DNA from: Terriglobia bacterium
Lineage (GTDB): Bacteria; Acidobacteriota; Terriglobia; 20CM-2-55-15
Assembly (NCBI GenBank): GCA_965218585.1
Contig: CBDCLE010000007.1
Span: forward strand, 39,241 to 103,240
DNA: 64,000 bases
Direction of reading: 5' to 3'
The position numbers and the translations under genes are program-made. Below are positions 9,392 through 17,642 of the stretch, piece after piece (the stretch's first letter is position 1; each line of letters opens with the position of its first letter). The notes under the pieces are model-generated. The model saw only the letters and a list, made by a program, of their open reading frames with translations. It was not told where the DNA came from and did not search any database.

Positions 9392-10330
9392 TCAGCGAAC
9401 CTCGTTAACGCGCTCTAAAAAATCCTGCACAGCAATGGTGGCCGCCTCGCCGGGCTGTCCAACGGCCTGGTTAATGCTGTTATGATTCTTGTCCCACAGC
9501 GGCACCATTTCTGTCTGAAAACCGGCTGAACGCAGGGGTTCGGCCATCATTTCGTTCTGTTCCTGGCTATTCACACCGCCGATCCGGGTTCCACCGCCGA
9601 CGAAAATCATGAAGAACGGAGGGATGGCCTTGTCGGCAGAGACCTGGGTGACGGGCGAAGCCTTCGCCCATACGGCAGGATCGGTGCCGAACATTCCTGC
9701 CAGTCCCTGGGGGCTTCTCTGCCGGAGTTCGTAACCTGCGGCATCGATCGGGATGACGCCCTTGAGGAGCGACAGGTCCTTGCCGGCGTTTTCCAGAAAG
9801 TCGGCGTCAGTCGCCACCTGGGCGGCCATAACGCCGCCGACGTCCCACCCCATGAGGACGATTGTTTCAGGATCGCCCCCGTAGTCATCGACGTTGTCAT
9901 CGAGCCAGGCCAGTGCGTTGGCGATGTCCTGCGTGTTGTCCGGATACCGCGCTTCCGGTGTCAGGCGGTAATTGACGCTGACGAAGACATAGCCCATTTC
10001 GTGCGTGAAGTACCCGGGCTTGGAATCCAGCTCCGCCAGGTCGGCCTTGTCGCCGCTGCCAAACCCTCCACCGTGCGCGTAGACCAGGACCGGCGCTCCG
10101 TCCGGCATCGGTTCCGGAACGTAGATGTCCAGACTCGTGAGTGATGTGTCGGCAGTAGAGTCGTCGTACACGATGTCCTGATACCACGTCAACTGAATGT
10201 TGTAGAAGGGAGGTACGCCTCCATCCATATGGAGGTGACGCGTCCCGGATTCGTGCGCCAGGAGCGTGGACCCCGTGGCTGCGATTCCGAGCAACATAAC
10301 TGCTGAGGCTGCCAAAATTTTGATCCGCAT
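9392..10330 (-). CDS. Exported HGGG-type alpha/beta hydrolase with an atypical GWDVG elbow
   Basis: LDIYVP, HGGGF, SVNYRL and YGGDP motifs; GWDVGG replaces GHSAGG; C-terminal NHNS His. Confidence 0.85.
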   Translation of the reverse strand: MRIKILAASAVMLLGIAATGSTLLAHESGTRHLHMDGGVPPFYNIQLTWYQDIVYDDSTADTSLTSLDIYVPEPMPDGAPVLVYAHGGGFGSGDKADLAELDSKPGYFTHEMGYVFVSVNYRLTPEARYPDNTQDIANALAWLDDNVDDYGGDPETIVLMGWDVGGVMAAQVATDADFLENAGKDLSLLKGVIPIDAAGYELRQRSPQGLAGMFGTDPAVWAKASPVTQVSADKAIPPFFMIFVGGGTRIGGVNSQEQNEMMAEPLRSAGFQTEMVPLWDKNHNSINQAVGQPGEAATIAVQDFLERVNEVR

Positions 10331-10423
10331 AAACTTCCTCCCCTTTTGCCGAATGACCCAGTGAAGCGGAGTATAAAATGATGGCAGTTTTACTTCAACT
10401 TATCGAGGAAGGAAATTCGGCTC

Positions 10424-11203
10424 ATGAATAAAAAGCGCGTTCTCATAGCCCTCGCGGCTGTGGTCGGAGTTCTGGTAATAACGGTTGGGGCTTTGGTGGC
10501 CTCCACGTTTATGGGGCTTCAGGGTATTCCGGAAAATTTTGAATTAAACGAAGTCCATCTCGTTGTGGATGATTTTGTGGGACTCGGCCTGGTCGAGGCC
10601 GGAGGAGGAGAGGTTGCCCTGATAGACGCGGGCATCGATCCCGAGGGAACAGCTATTCTGGAAGCGCTGTCCGGATTGGGTATGGGTCCCGAGGCGGTCA
10701 CGGCGATCTTCCTGACACACGGACATCCGGATCACACGGCTGCCTCCCGGTTGTTTCCCAACGCCGAGGTCATGGCGATGGCCGAAGATGTCGATCTTGT
10801 AGCCGGACGGGTGAGGCCAGGGAGTCCTCTGGGGAGGGTCATGCCGTCCTCCCCGACGGGAATCGAAGTGACGCGGCCTTTGCGTGACCTGGAAACTTTT
10901 CAGGTAGGTGAGACCGAAGTGCGTGCCTATCACATGCCCGGACATTCTTCTGGAAGTGCCGCCTATCTCGTCAATGGCCTGCTCTTCCTTGGCGACGAAG
11001 CCAATGCTTCGAGCGATGGTGAACTGGAAGGGACGCGATGGTTCGTGAGTGAAGATGTAGATCAGGCCGACGCCTCGCTGGTTCGCCTGGAGCAGCAGCT
11101 TCGACAGGAGAACGCCGATGTCGATGCGATCGTATTTGCGCATTCCGGAGTTCTCACCGAAGGCATCGAACCGCTGACCGCTTTTGCCGAAGACAATCAA
11201 TAG
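10424..11203 (+). CDS. MBL-fold hydrolase (exported or membrane-anchored)
   Basis: THGHPDH, PGHS, LGD and FAHS motifs; N-terminal hydrophobic segment. Confidence 0.88.
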   Translation: MNKKRVLIALAAVVGVLVITVGALVASTFMGLQGIPENFELNEVHLVVDDFVGLGLVEAGGGEVALIDAGIDPEGTAILEALSGLGMGPEAVTAIFLTHGHPDHTAASRLFPNAEVMAMAEDVDLVAGRVRPGSPLGRVMPSSPTGIEVTRPLRDLETFQVGETEVRAYHMPGHSSGSAAYLVNGLLFLGDEANASSDGELEGTRWFVSEDVDQADASLVRLEQQLRQENADVDAIVFAHSGVLTEGIEPLTAFAEDNQ

Positions 11204-11227
11204 GTTTCCTTGCAGAGTTAAGGACAC

Positions 11228-11257
11228 AAAAAAAGCGCCCCATCGCGGGGCGCTTTT
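11228..11257. terminator. Bidirectional intrinsic terminator
   Basis: AAAAGCGCCCC-ATCGC-GGGGCGCTTTT between convergent MBL genes. Confidence 0.8.
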
Positions 11258-11279
11258 GCGTTGTATCCAGTATGCGTTA

Positions 11280-12380
11280 CTAATTGCTGGTGAGATCCGT
11301 GTAAACCGCTTCGACGAAGTCTTCCGTCGTCCAGAAGGCGTTGGAGCCGCCGCCCCACCGCACGTCGTAATCGGAGGTCAACCCTTCACTCTGAGTTTGT
11401 TCCAGCGTTAAGCCACGGTTGATCGCATCTGCGATGCGGTCTCGCAGGATCGTCGTCATGTCCCGGTAGTAACCCACGTCGCCGAGGTCGGACATACGCC
11501 CATGTCCGGGGATGATGATCGTGCCGCCTTCAAGGCGGAACTCGGCGAACCCGAGATCCAGGATGTAGTTCAAGGAGTCGATGATTCCCTGGATGCTCCC
11601 GCCACTGTCGAGGTCGACGATCGGATACGACGTCTGAGTGAAGATGTCTCCGGTCGAAATCACATCCGATCTCCGGAACCAGACCATCGAGTCGCCGTCG
11701 GTATGGGCGTTGGGTTGATGGATCATCTGGACGCCTTCACCGTTGAAATAAGGCAGCTTGTAGTACTCACCGATGTAGGTTTCGGTGGGCCACAGCTCCA
11801 AATCCACCTCGGTTTCAGGACTGTCACCAAACCCGTTGCTCATCCGCAAGAGCACGTTTTCGTGCGCCACGATTGACGCGGTTTCGATGACATCCCGGAC
11901 ACTGCCGAGAATATTGCCGGCGGAGATCGTCGCTCCGGCTCGCGCCAATGCCCCGTTGCCTCCGGTGTGGTCGCCATGCCGGTGTGTGTTCAGAACCCAG
12001 CGAATCGGCTTGGGCGGCGCGTTGGTCTCCATGATCAGTTCCAGTGAAGAACGCGAATCGGCTCCGAAGCGACCGTAGCTGGCGCGCTCTGCCGGCTGGA
12101 TTGAAAGCAGGTTCGCGAGGCTCTGGATCACTTCCAGAATGTCATCGCTTCTGCCGGCGAGACCGGTATCCACCAGCAGCGTTCCGTCCAGTCCGACCGA
12201 GGCGGTGGTGTTGCCGCCCGCACCCGCGATCATGTAAATCGGGCCCCTCACGTGGAGCACGTCCAGTTCGGCTGCCTGCGCGTCGGCGCGCTCGGTCAGG
12301 CCGGTCGTGAAGACAACGCCGAGGGCCAAGGCCGTCAGAGCGCCGAGTCCGACCCAATGAGTGAGAATCTTTAGCTTCAT
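11280..12380 (-). CDS. Exported MBL-fold hydrolase (cyclase-like); start codon lies in the IS1595 TSD
   Basis: GAGGN, THRHGDHTGGN, AHTDGD, TGD and IPGHG motifs; signal peptide; paralogue of 28853..29785. Confidence 0.88.
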   Translation of the reverse strand: MKLKILTHWVGLGALTALALGVVFTTGLTERADAQAAELDVLHVRGPIYMIAGAGGNTTASVGLDGTLLVDTGLAGRSDDILEVIQSLANLLSIQPAERASYGRFGADSRSSLELIMETNAPPKPIRWVLNTHRHGDHTGGNGALARAGATISAGNILGSVRDVIETASIVAHENVLLRMSNGFGDSPETEVDLELWPTETYIGEYYKLPYFNGEGVQMIHQPNAHTDGDSMVWFRRSDVISTGDIFTQTSYPIVDLDSGGSIQGIIDSLNYILDLGFAEFRLEGGTIIIPGHGRMSDLGDVGYYRDMTTILRDRIADAINRGLTLEQTQSEGLTSDYDVRWGGGSNAFWTTEDFVEAVYTDLTSN

Positions 12381-12479
12381 GTTTCGGAATTTCCTAGTTT
12401 AAGGTCTTGGCGCAAAGCCTCCACCGTGCGATAATCGTTTTGTTAATAAGCGATTCCACACGATGAAAGGCAAAGCGTC

Positions 12480-13040
12480 ATGAACATTGTACAGGTTTTC
12501 GAGCGGTTCCCCACCCAACAATCCTGCATCAACCATCTTGAGAAAGCCCGCTGGGGCGGAAAGCCCCGCTGCCCATACTGCGGGTCCGGGAATACGGCCC
12601 GGTCGCAGCACCGCCACCGCTGCTACACCTGCAAGACTTCGTTCAGTGTAACGGTCGGCACGATCTTCCACCATACGCACCTTCCCCTTCAGAAGTGGTT
12701 CCTGGCCGTTACGCTGATGCTGAACGCGAAGAAGGGACTCTCCGCACTCCAACTCTCCCGCGATATCGAAGCCAACAAGAACACGGCTTGGCGGATCTCA
12801 ATGCAGATTCGCAAAGCCATGAGGCAATCCGCCCAGCGTAGCCTTCTGACCGGCATTGTCGAGATGGATGAAACCTACATCGGCGGAAAGCCGAGGAAGG
12901 GCGGGCCACCCTCCAAGCCGGGACGCGGCACGAAGAAAACTCCTGTTGTCGGGGCAGCCGAGCGCGGCGGGCGAGTCACGGCGAAAGTGACGAAGAAATC
13001 CTGGTTTCGACTGAAATCAAGCGTGTTTCTATTCCGGTAA
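12480..13040 (+). pseudogene. IS1595 transposase, C-terminally truncated
   Basis: Zn ribbon CPYC..CYTC, GTIFH and VEMDETYIGGK; similarity is lost near 13000, before the later catalytic motifs. Confidence 0.88.
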
Positions 13041-13221
13041 GTCTGCCCTCGACGCCAGCCATCCGGGTCTCCAATGCGATCATGCGATTCTCGACCCCTG
13101 TCATCCTGCCCTGAATATCTCTCAAGAGCGCATAGATATTGTTCGCGGTTTCATTCAGGGTCGCATTCAATGTCTGAATCGATGCTTCCAATGCGGTGAG
13201 CTTTTCTTCCGTTGTTGCCAT
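12976..13221 (-). CDS. Small coiled-coil passenger protein
   Basis: Heptad repeats RMTGVEN/RMIALET/RMAGVEG/RLTGIET/RLISVET; AGGAGA RBS; 3' end overlaps the truncated transposase. Confidence 0.65.
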   Translation of the reverse strand: MATTEEKLTALEASIQTLNATLNETANNIYALLRDIQGRMTGVENRMIALETRMAGVEGRLTGIETRLISVETRISSSLSP

Positions 13222-13251
13222 TGCTTTCTCCTTTCAAGAGAAGAAGCAATC

Positions 13252-13680
13252 TTACCTCAAGGACCCACCGCTTGCCCCCTGGAGAAGACAGTGAACGGCA
13301 GAACCCCGATATATGTAGACTGTCATGCCAAGTGAAATCTCTTCATAATACACACAGGCTTGGCTCCCGATTTTTTCCACCTCGATATATCCAGCACCGC
13401 TAGGTTCGATGGAATAGTGATAGATCGCCTGAGGGTTTCTTGGAGGAATATATATCAGTGGCCGTCCGCCTCGACTTTCCCAAAAATAGTTGTCGCCATT
13501 CTTGACAATCCGAGTGCGGAATTCCAGTGTTTCATCGGCAGTCAGCAGAGCACGATTGGCGCTGTCCACATCTGTAATGACTCTGACATAGGGATGGCCA
13601 TCAAAAATCGTATCGGACTGACCGAGCATCGGCAAGGCGCACGCCAGCACCAAAAGCGCGATCAAAAACAGTCTGTGCAT
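13252..13680 (-). CDS. Exported hypothetical passenger protein
   Basis: ATG 13680 with AGGAGG RBS; signal peptide MHRLFLIALLVLACALPMLG. Confidence 0.65.
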   Translation of the reverse strand: MHRLFLIALLVLACALPMLGQSDTIFDGHPYVRVITDVDSANRALLTADETLEFRTRIVKNGDNYFWESRGGRPLIYIPPRNPQAIYHYSIEPSGAGYIEVEKIGSQACVYYEEISLGMTVYIYRGSAVHCLLQGASGGSLR

Positions 13681-13872
13681 TTGGAACCTCCTGGACGGAT
13701 CGCCAACCGGCCTACACAGGAGGATGAACAGAGAGAGGCTTGTGAAGTAGAATACTTTGTAGGCCGACTCTTCCTCCTGCATAGGACGAGTTGGCTTAGA
13801 GGCCGCTAAGTGCTTGAACACTTGGCGGCTTCGACCCACTTCCGCAAGTCTAGCAGATTTCCTTTAGAGCGG

Positions 13873-14775
13873 TTACTCAAAAGGCAGCTCAATGTTGGTA
13901 TTGATCTTCGGGAATACGCGCTGAAGCCGTCTCCTGAACTCGTTCCACCCACCTTTCGCTTGTACTACGGACTTCATCAGAGCAATAACGCCGTTGAGGT
14001 GTTTTTGAAGTGCCGGATGCCCAATGTCATAGGTGAGCCACTGATGGTGTCGCGCCTTGCGGGCTCCGCGCTCTGTCTTCGGGTTCAGTTGCTCAAGCTC
14101 CTCACGGACGCCAGGGGCCAGCCGGTCCCACACTATATCGTTTGTGTAGATTCCCACTACCTGTGGCCGATTGATTTTCATGCCTTGCCATTCCCAACCG
14201 CGAAGTCTGAAAATCTCCTTGTAGAACACGTCAGGGAATCGCTTGGCCCATTTTGCCTGCTCAGCCAAAAGATACTTATCGAGGATCTCTTGCAGGGCCC
14301 GACGGTCCCTGATCTCTTGGTAGCCAGTCGCTTCATCAATAAGGGCGGCAATTCCGACATGAGCAAGACCACGAATCAAAAGGTGCGCCTGGACCGCAAC
14401 ATGGAGTTGGTTCTTTGTAAGAACCCCGGCTTCTTCGGCGTCTATGAAGACGTTGCATACTGCGGGCAATAATTTGTCGGCGTACCCATAGGCCGAACCA
14501 CCTTTTAACCTGTTGAATTCTATCTGACTCGACGTCACGCTTAACTTGCCTGGAATGAACGGGCTTAGGTTCTTTGCCGTCAGGAATGCGGGCATGTTGA
14601 CGTCAGCGTCATAATACTTTCGCCCCTTAGCCTGTCTCGCCCTCCCCAGGGCCCTCATAAATCCGCTCTGAGTTATCAATCTCCGGCCGTCTTCCAGCAC
14701 AGCGCATGGAATCTCAACCCGGCCGTTCGCGAGAACGATAACTCCCTCATGTGTCGCCTTTGGCAAGCTCTTCAT
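13873..14775 (-). CDS. P63C-domain protein (phage Mx8 p63-like)
   Basis: IPCAVLEDGRRLI, GLAHVGIAALIDEATGYQ, WAKRFPDVFY and HHQWLT motifs; ATG overlaps the stop of the upstream transposase remnant (ATGA). Confidence 0.85.
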   Translation of the reverse strand: MKSLPKATHEGVIVLANGRVEIPCAVLEDGRRLITQSGFMRALGRARQAKGRKYYDADVNMPAFLTAKNLSPFIPGKLSVTSSQIEFNRLKGGSAYGYADKLLPAVCNVFIDAEEAGVLTKNQLHVAVQAHLLIRGLAHVGIAALIDEATGYQEIRDRRALQEILDKYLLAEQAKWAKRFPDVFYKEIFRLRGWEWQGMKINRPQVVGIYTNDIVWDRLAPGVREELEQLNPKTERGARKARHHQWLTYDIGHPALQKHLNGVIALMKSVVQAKGGWNEFRRRLQRVFPKINTNIELPFE

Positions 14776-14890
14776 ATTCGCAGCCCTCTGTCGATGGTGC
14801 GGTCGAAGGCTTCCCACGGGGCCGCGTCGCGCAGGTTGTAGCGGTAGCAGAACTCATCCACATACTTCTGCAGGTGCCGACGCCAGACCC
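14772..14890 (-). pseudogene. C-terminal fragment of a second IS1595 transposase
   Basis: Translation GVWRRHLQKYVDEFCYRYNLRDAAPWEAFDRTIDRGLRI* contains the HLxxYxxEFxxRxN IS1595 motif. Confidence 0.8.
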
Positions 14891-15040
14891 CGATACACTC
14901 TACCTGATCCCCTGAGACAGGGGACCTTAAACTAGGAAATTCCGTCATGTTTTACTCCGACAGTTGTTTCGATACAGATGCTCTGAACCGGGCGTTCCCG
15001 GTAGAGACCGGGTGAGGGACATCCTCGGCCCGGCGTGTTT

Positions 15041-15083
15041 GAGGGGCCGGAAGCAAGGGCAAACTGTATGCTTCCGGCCCCTC
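15041..15083. repeat. 15-bp perfect inverted repeat (hairpin) between operon genes
   Basis: GAGGGGCCGGAAGCA-N13-TGCTTCCGGCCCCTC; a second hairpin lies at about 15008-15033. Confidence 0.6.
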
Positions 15084-15119
15084 AGGGTTGCCATGCCACC
15101 GAGCGAAACGCAGTGGATC

Positions 15120-15986
15120 CTACTCTTCTTCCTCTTCCTGAAACTGGCTCAGACTTTCCGCGATCTCTCCCACGCGGATCTGCTGTTGGAATTCAGGGTA
15201 TATCGTCTCGACGCCACCGCGCGCGGCATGCAGCGGTACCTGGAACCGCCAGGAATACTCGTTCCCTTGCGGATGATCGCCCTGCAGGTAATGCGGTACT
15301 TCGCCCTTTTCCCGAATGATTTCAGTCGTTGCGTAGCAGGGGTAGGGCGACATCGTCGTTGTCGGTGCGTTCCGGTATTCGGTGGTCCGAACGAGAGGCT
15401 CGGTCAGGTACAGTGGATCGTAGACGATGGTCGTTAAGCTCATGATGTTGTCGCGCCGACGGACATAGCGGATCACTTCGGCTTCGTCGCTTGCGGGAAG
15501 GCCGTTGCGACGGATGATGTTTTCTTTCACGTGCGTCGTCCGAATCCGCAGCGCATTGCCCACCCACTGGCCGGTCGAAAAGCCGTTCCATGTGTGAGGC
15601 GCATTTTCGGATGGATGCGGACGGCCATCCATGTAGATCCAGGTTTCGGTCCCACGAACAGTGTTCCAGCGCCACGCCGTGGTGTCGCGTGTTACCGGAT
15701 CAATCACGCGCTCCAGCTGGATCCGTGATGGGTCGCGGTTGACGTAGGCGATTCCGTGTGGCCGGCACTGCCATTCGGGCAGCGTGATCCAGGACGCGCT
15801 CCAGGTGTCACCCTTCATGCGGGCCGCGTCGTTGACCGGAAGGCCCATGTATTCGCCGGCAAACGGGTGGCCTTCGAAATTGTCTTCCGAACGAAAGGGC
15901 GTCCAGTCGCCCGAGAGATCAATCTGAGCAAAGGCCGGCGCGGAAAGCAGCAAGACGGCCCCTGCGATCGTAAGGATCGATTTCAT
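15120..15986 (-). CDS. Exported Cys-pair hypothetical protein, subfamily A
   Basis: Signal peptide; DLSGDW, GLPVNDAAR, QCRPH, DGRPHP, GFSTGQW and DPLYLTEP motifs; paralogue of 29826..30767. Confidence 0.8.
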   Translation of the reverse strand: MKSILTIAGAVLLLSAPAFAQIDLSGDWTPFRSEDNFEGHPFAGEYMGLPVNDAARMKGDTWSASWITLPEWQCRPHGIAYVNRDPSRIQLERVIDPVTRDTTAWRWNTVRGTETWIYMDGRPHPSENAPHTWNGFSTGQWVGNALRIRTTHVKENIIRRNGLPASDEAEVIRYVRRRDNIMSLTTIVYDPLYLTEPLVRTTEYRNAPTTTMSPYPCYATTEIIREKGEVPHYLQGDHPQGNEYSWRFQVPLHAARGGVETIYPEFQQQIRVGEIAESLSQFQEEEEE

Positions 15987-16035
15987 AGCTTCTCCTCTAT
16001 GGATAACGTGGCAACGTTCACGTCAGTCAAGTTTA

Positions 16036-16890
16036 TCAGAAACCCTGTCTGCCTGGGATAAGTCGTCCACCCTCCTGGGGGATGTAGACCTCGCAGGGCC
16101 GTGGGTCGAATTTGGAATCGACCGCTTCCTTCTTGAAACCGTAGCTGCGGACATACGTGCCCGTCAGGTAGACCGGGTCATCCACCATGAGCGTCACCAG
16201 CAGATAGGTGTTGCCGTCCGGTTCATCAACGACGTTCCAGTACTCTCTCATCGTCGCCTGATCGCTGTAGGGTACTCCGTCGAGTGTGAAGTAATACCCC
16301 GGAATAACGTTGGAGGTGTTGATCGACAACTCACCACCGGGATTTCGCGCAGCGACAGGGGCGCCAAAGCCGCCCCGGCCCTGGGGCCGCCCTGCGAAGA
16401 CCCATTGGGCCACTGAGTGTCCCTGTCGGCTGGGCGCTCCCGGTTCGCGTGCACTGGGTCCAAAGTGGAGCATCCGCGTCTGCATCCCGTTGTCGGTGTC
16501 GACCTGCAGCGTGTTCGGATCGGCCCAGGTGATGTTCAACCGGGTCGGAACGCGCATGATCCCCATGGCTCCATAGGATTTACACAGGTCCCCCGCGGCG
16601 ATATCCCCCTCGGGATCCCAGCTATCGGCCATGTTTCGGCCCTCGATATTGAGTGTGACGCCGGTTCGGCCGTACTCACCCTTCACGCCCACGCCCATTC
16701 GAAAACGCCAGTCCTCGGTCACCATCGAGACCCAGTAGCCGGTCGCGTCGATCGGGGCAACGGTCTGGGCGGGGGGTGGGGGACCGCCCTGCCCTCTGCC
16801 TCGTTGAGCTTCCAGGCTGCTTGATGCAACCAGAATCATCCCTACAGCAGCAAAAACTGCCACGGTTTTGCGTCGAATCACATGCTTCAT
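16036..16890 (-). CDS. Exported Cys-pair hypothetical protein, subfamily B
   Basis: Signal peptide; DATGYWVS..EDWRFRM, CKSYGA, QGHSVAQW, GVPYS, DPVYL and C-terminal PC; paralogue of 28080..28856. Confidence 0.8.
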   Translation of the reverse strand: MKHVIRRKTVAVFAAVGMILVASSSLEAQRGRGQGGPPPPAQTVAPIDATGYWVSMVTEDWRFRMGVGVKGEYGRTGVTLNIEGRNMADSWDPEGDIAAGDLCKSYGAMGIMRVPTRLNITWADPNTLQVDTDNGMQTRMLHFGPSAREPGAPSRQGHSVAQWVFAGRPQGRGGFGAPVAARNPGGELSINTSNVIPGYYFTLDGVPYSDQATMREYWNVVDEPDGNTYLLVTLMVDDPVYLTGTYVRSYGFKKEAVDSKFDPRPCEVYIPQEGGRLIPGRQGF

Positions 16891-17642
16891 TCGCTTTCCC
16901 TAACTCTTAGTATAGATTTCCAGATTTCCCGGATTTTGCGGCCTGCAGCCGCCAAATCAGTTGGTGGTTGATGTGCTGAAGTTACCGGGCGTGTGGCCTG
17001 CGTGTCAATCACTTTATTCTCTTACGTCTCAAAGGTTTGGTCGGTTACTTCACTACCACAGAAAAAAAGATTTCGGTCGGTCGGGGAATTCGCCTGACAT
17101 CTCGTTTTAAAGGTCGCGACGTCCCAGAAAAAAAGTCTGCCCTGTGGGGGTAGAGTATATGTTGTAACAAGAAACATTATCAATCCGCTCTCGATCTTTT
17201 CGCCGAATCAAGGCACCCAACTTCCTCTCCCATCTTTTCCATCCAGACCGGCTACTTTTGACACATGACAACCGACCCGACCAAGGCATTCGATCACATC
17301 ACGCCGCATCTACCGACTAAACAAGGGGCCGCAGGAGAAATTCTGGGGTTTTTTGTTCCGGCTGATCTGCCCTGCCGATCGATTTCCTCTTGAAAATTTT
17401 CGTCTTTGGCGATATACCCCCCCTAGGTACCCTGAATCGCAGGTCTTCGAAGAATTTCGTAGGGAGGCCTGTGTGTGACCGCCCACGGCTGCGGGCGGGG
17501 GCAAGTCGCCTTGCGCGGGTGCCAGCACCGTGAGGTGTTGTGGTATCAGGATTGAAGGGATTAGGTGGAGGCTGTAGCTCTTATCGCTTTTTTTAAGAAG
17601 CCCAGCTAGGGTCTCTGTGCATCAAGTCAATTAGGAGGAAAG

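Larger units (their letters stand above)
12385..14944. mobile_element. IS1595-family cargo (transporter) element, probably non-autonomous
   Basis: Perfect 22-bp TIR CGGAATTTCCTAGTTTAAGGTC (12385-12406 and 14923-14944); 8-bp TSD TCATGTTT (12377-12384 and 14945-14952). Confidence 0.93.

Noticed and set aside
17107-17528. Small ORFs and a possible sigma54 site in the divergent promoter region
   Set aside because: There is no coding evidence, and TGGCAC lacks a correctly spaced TTGC.
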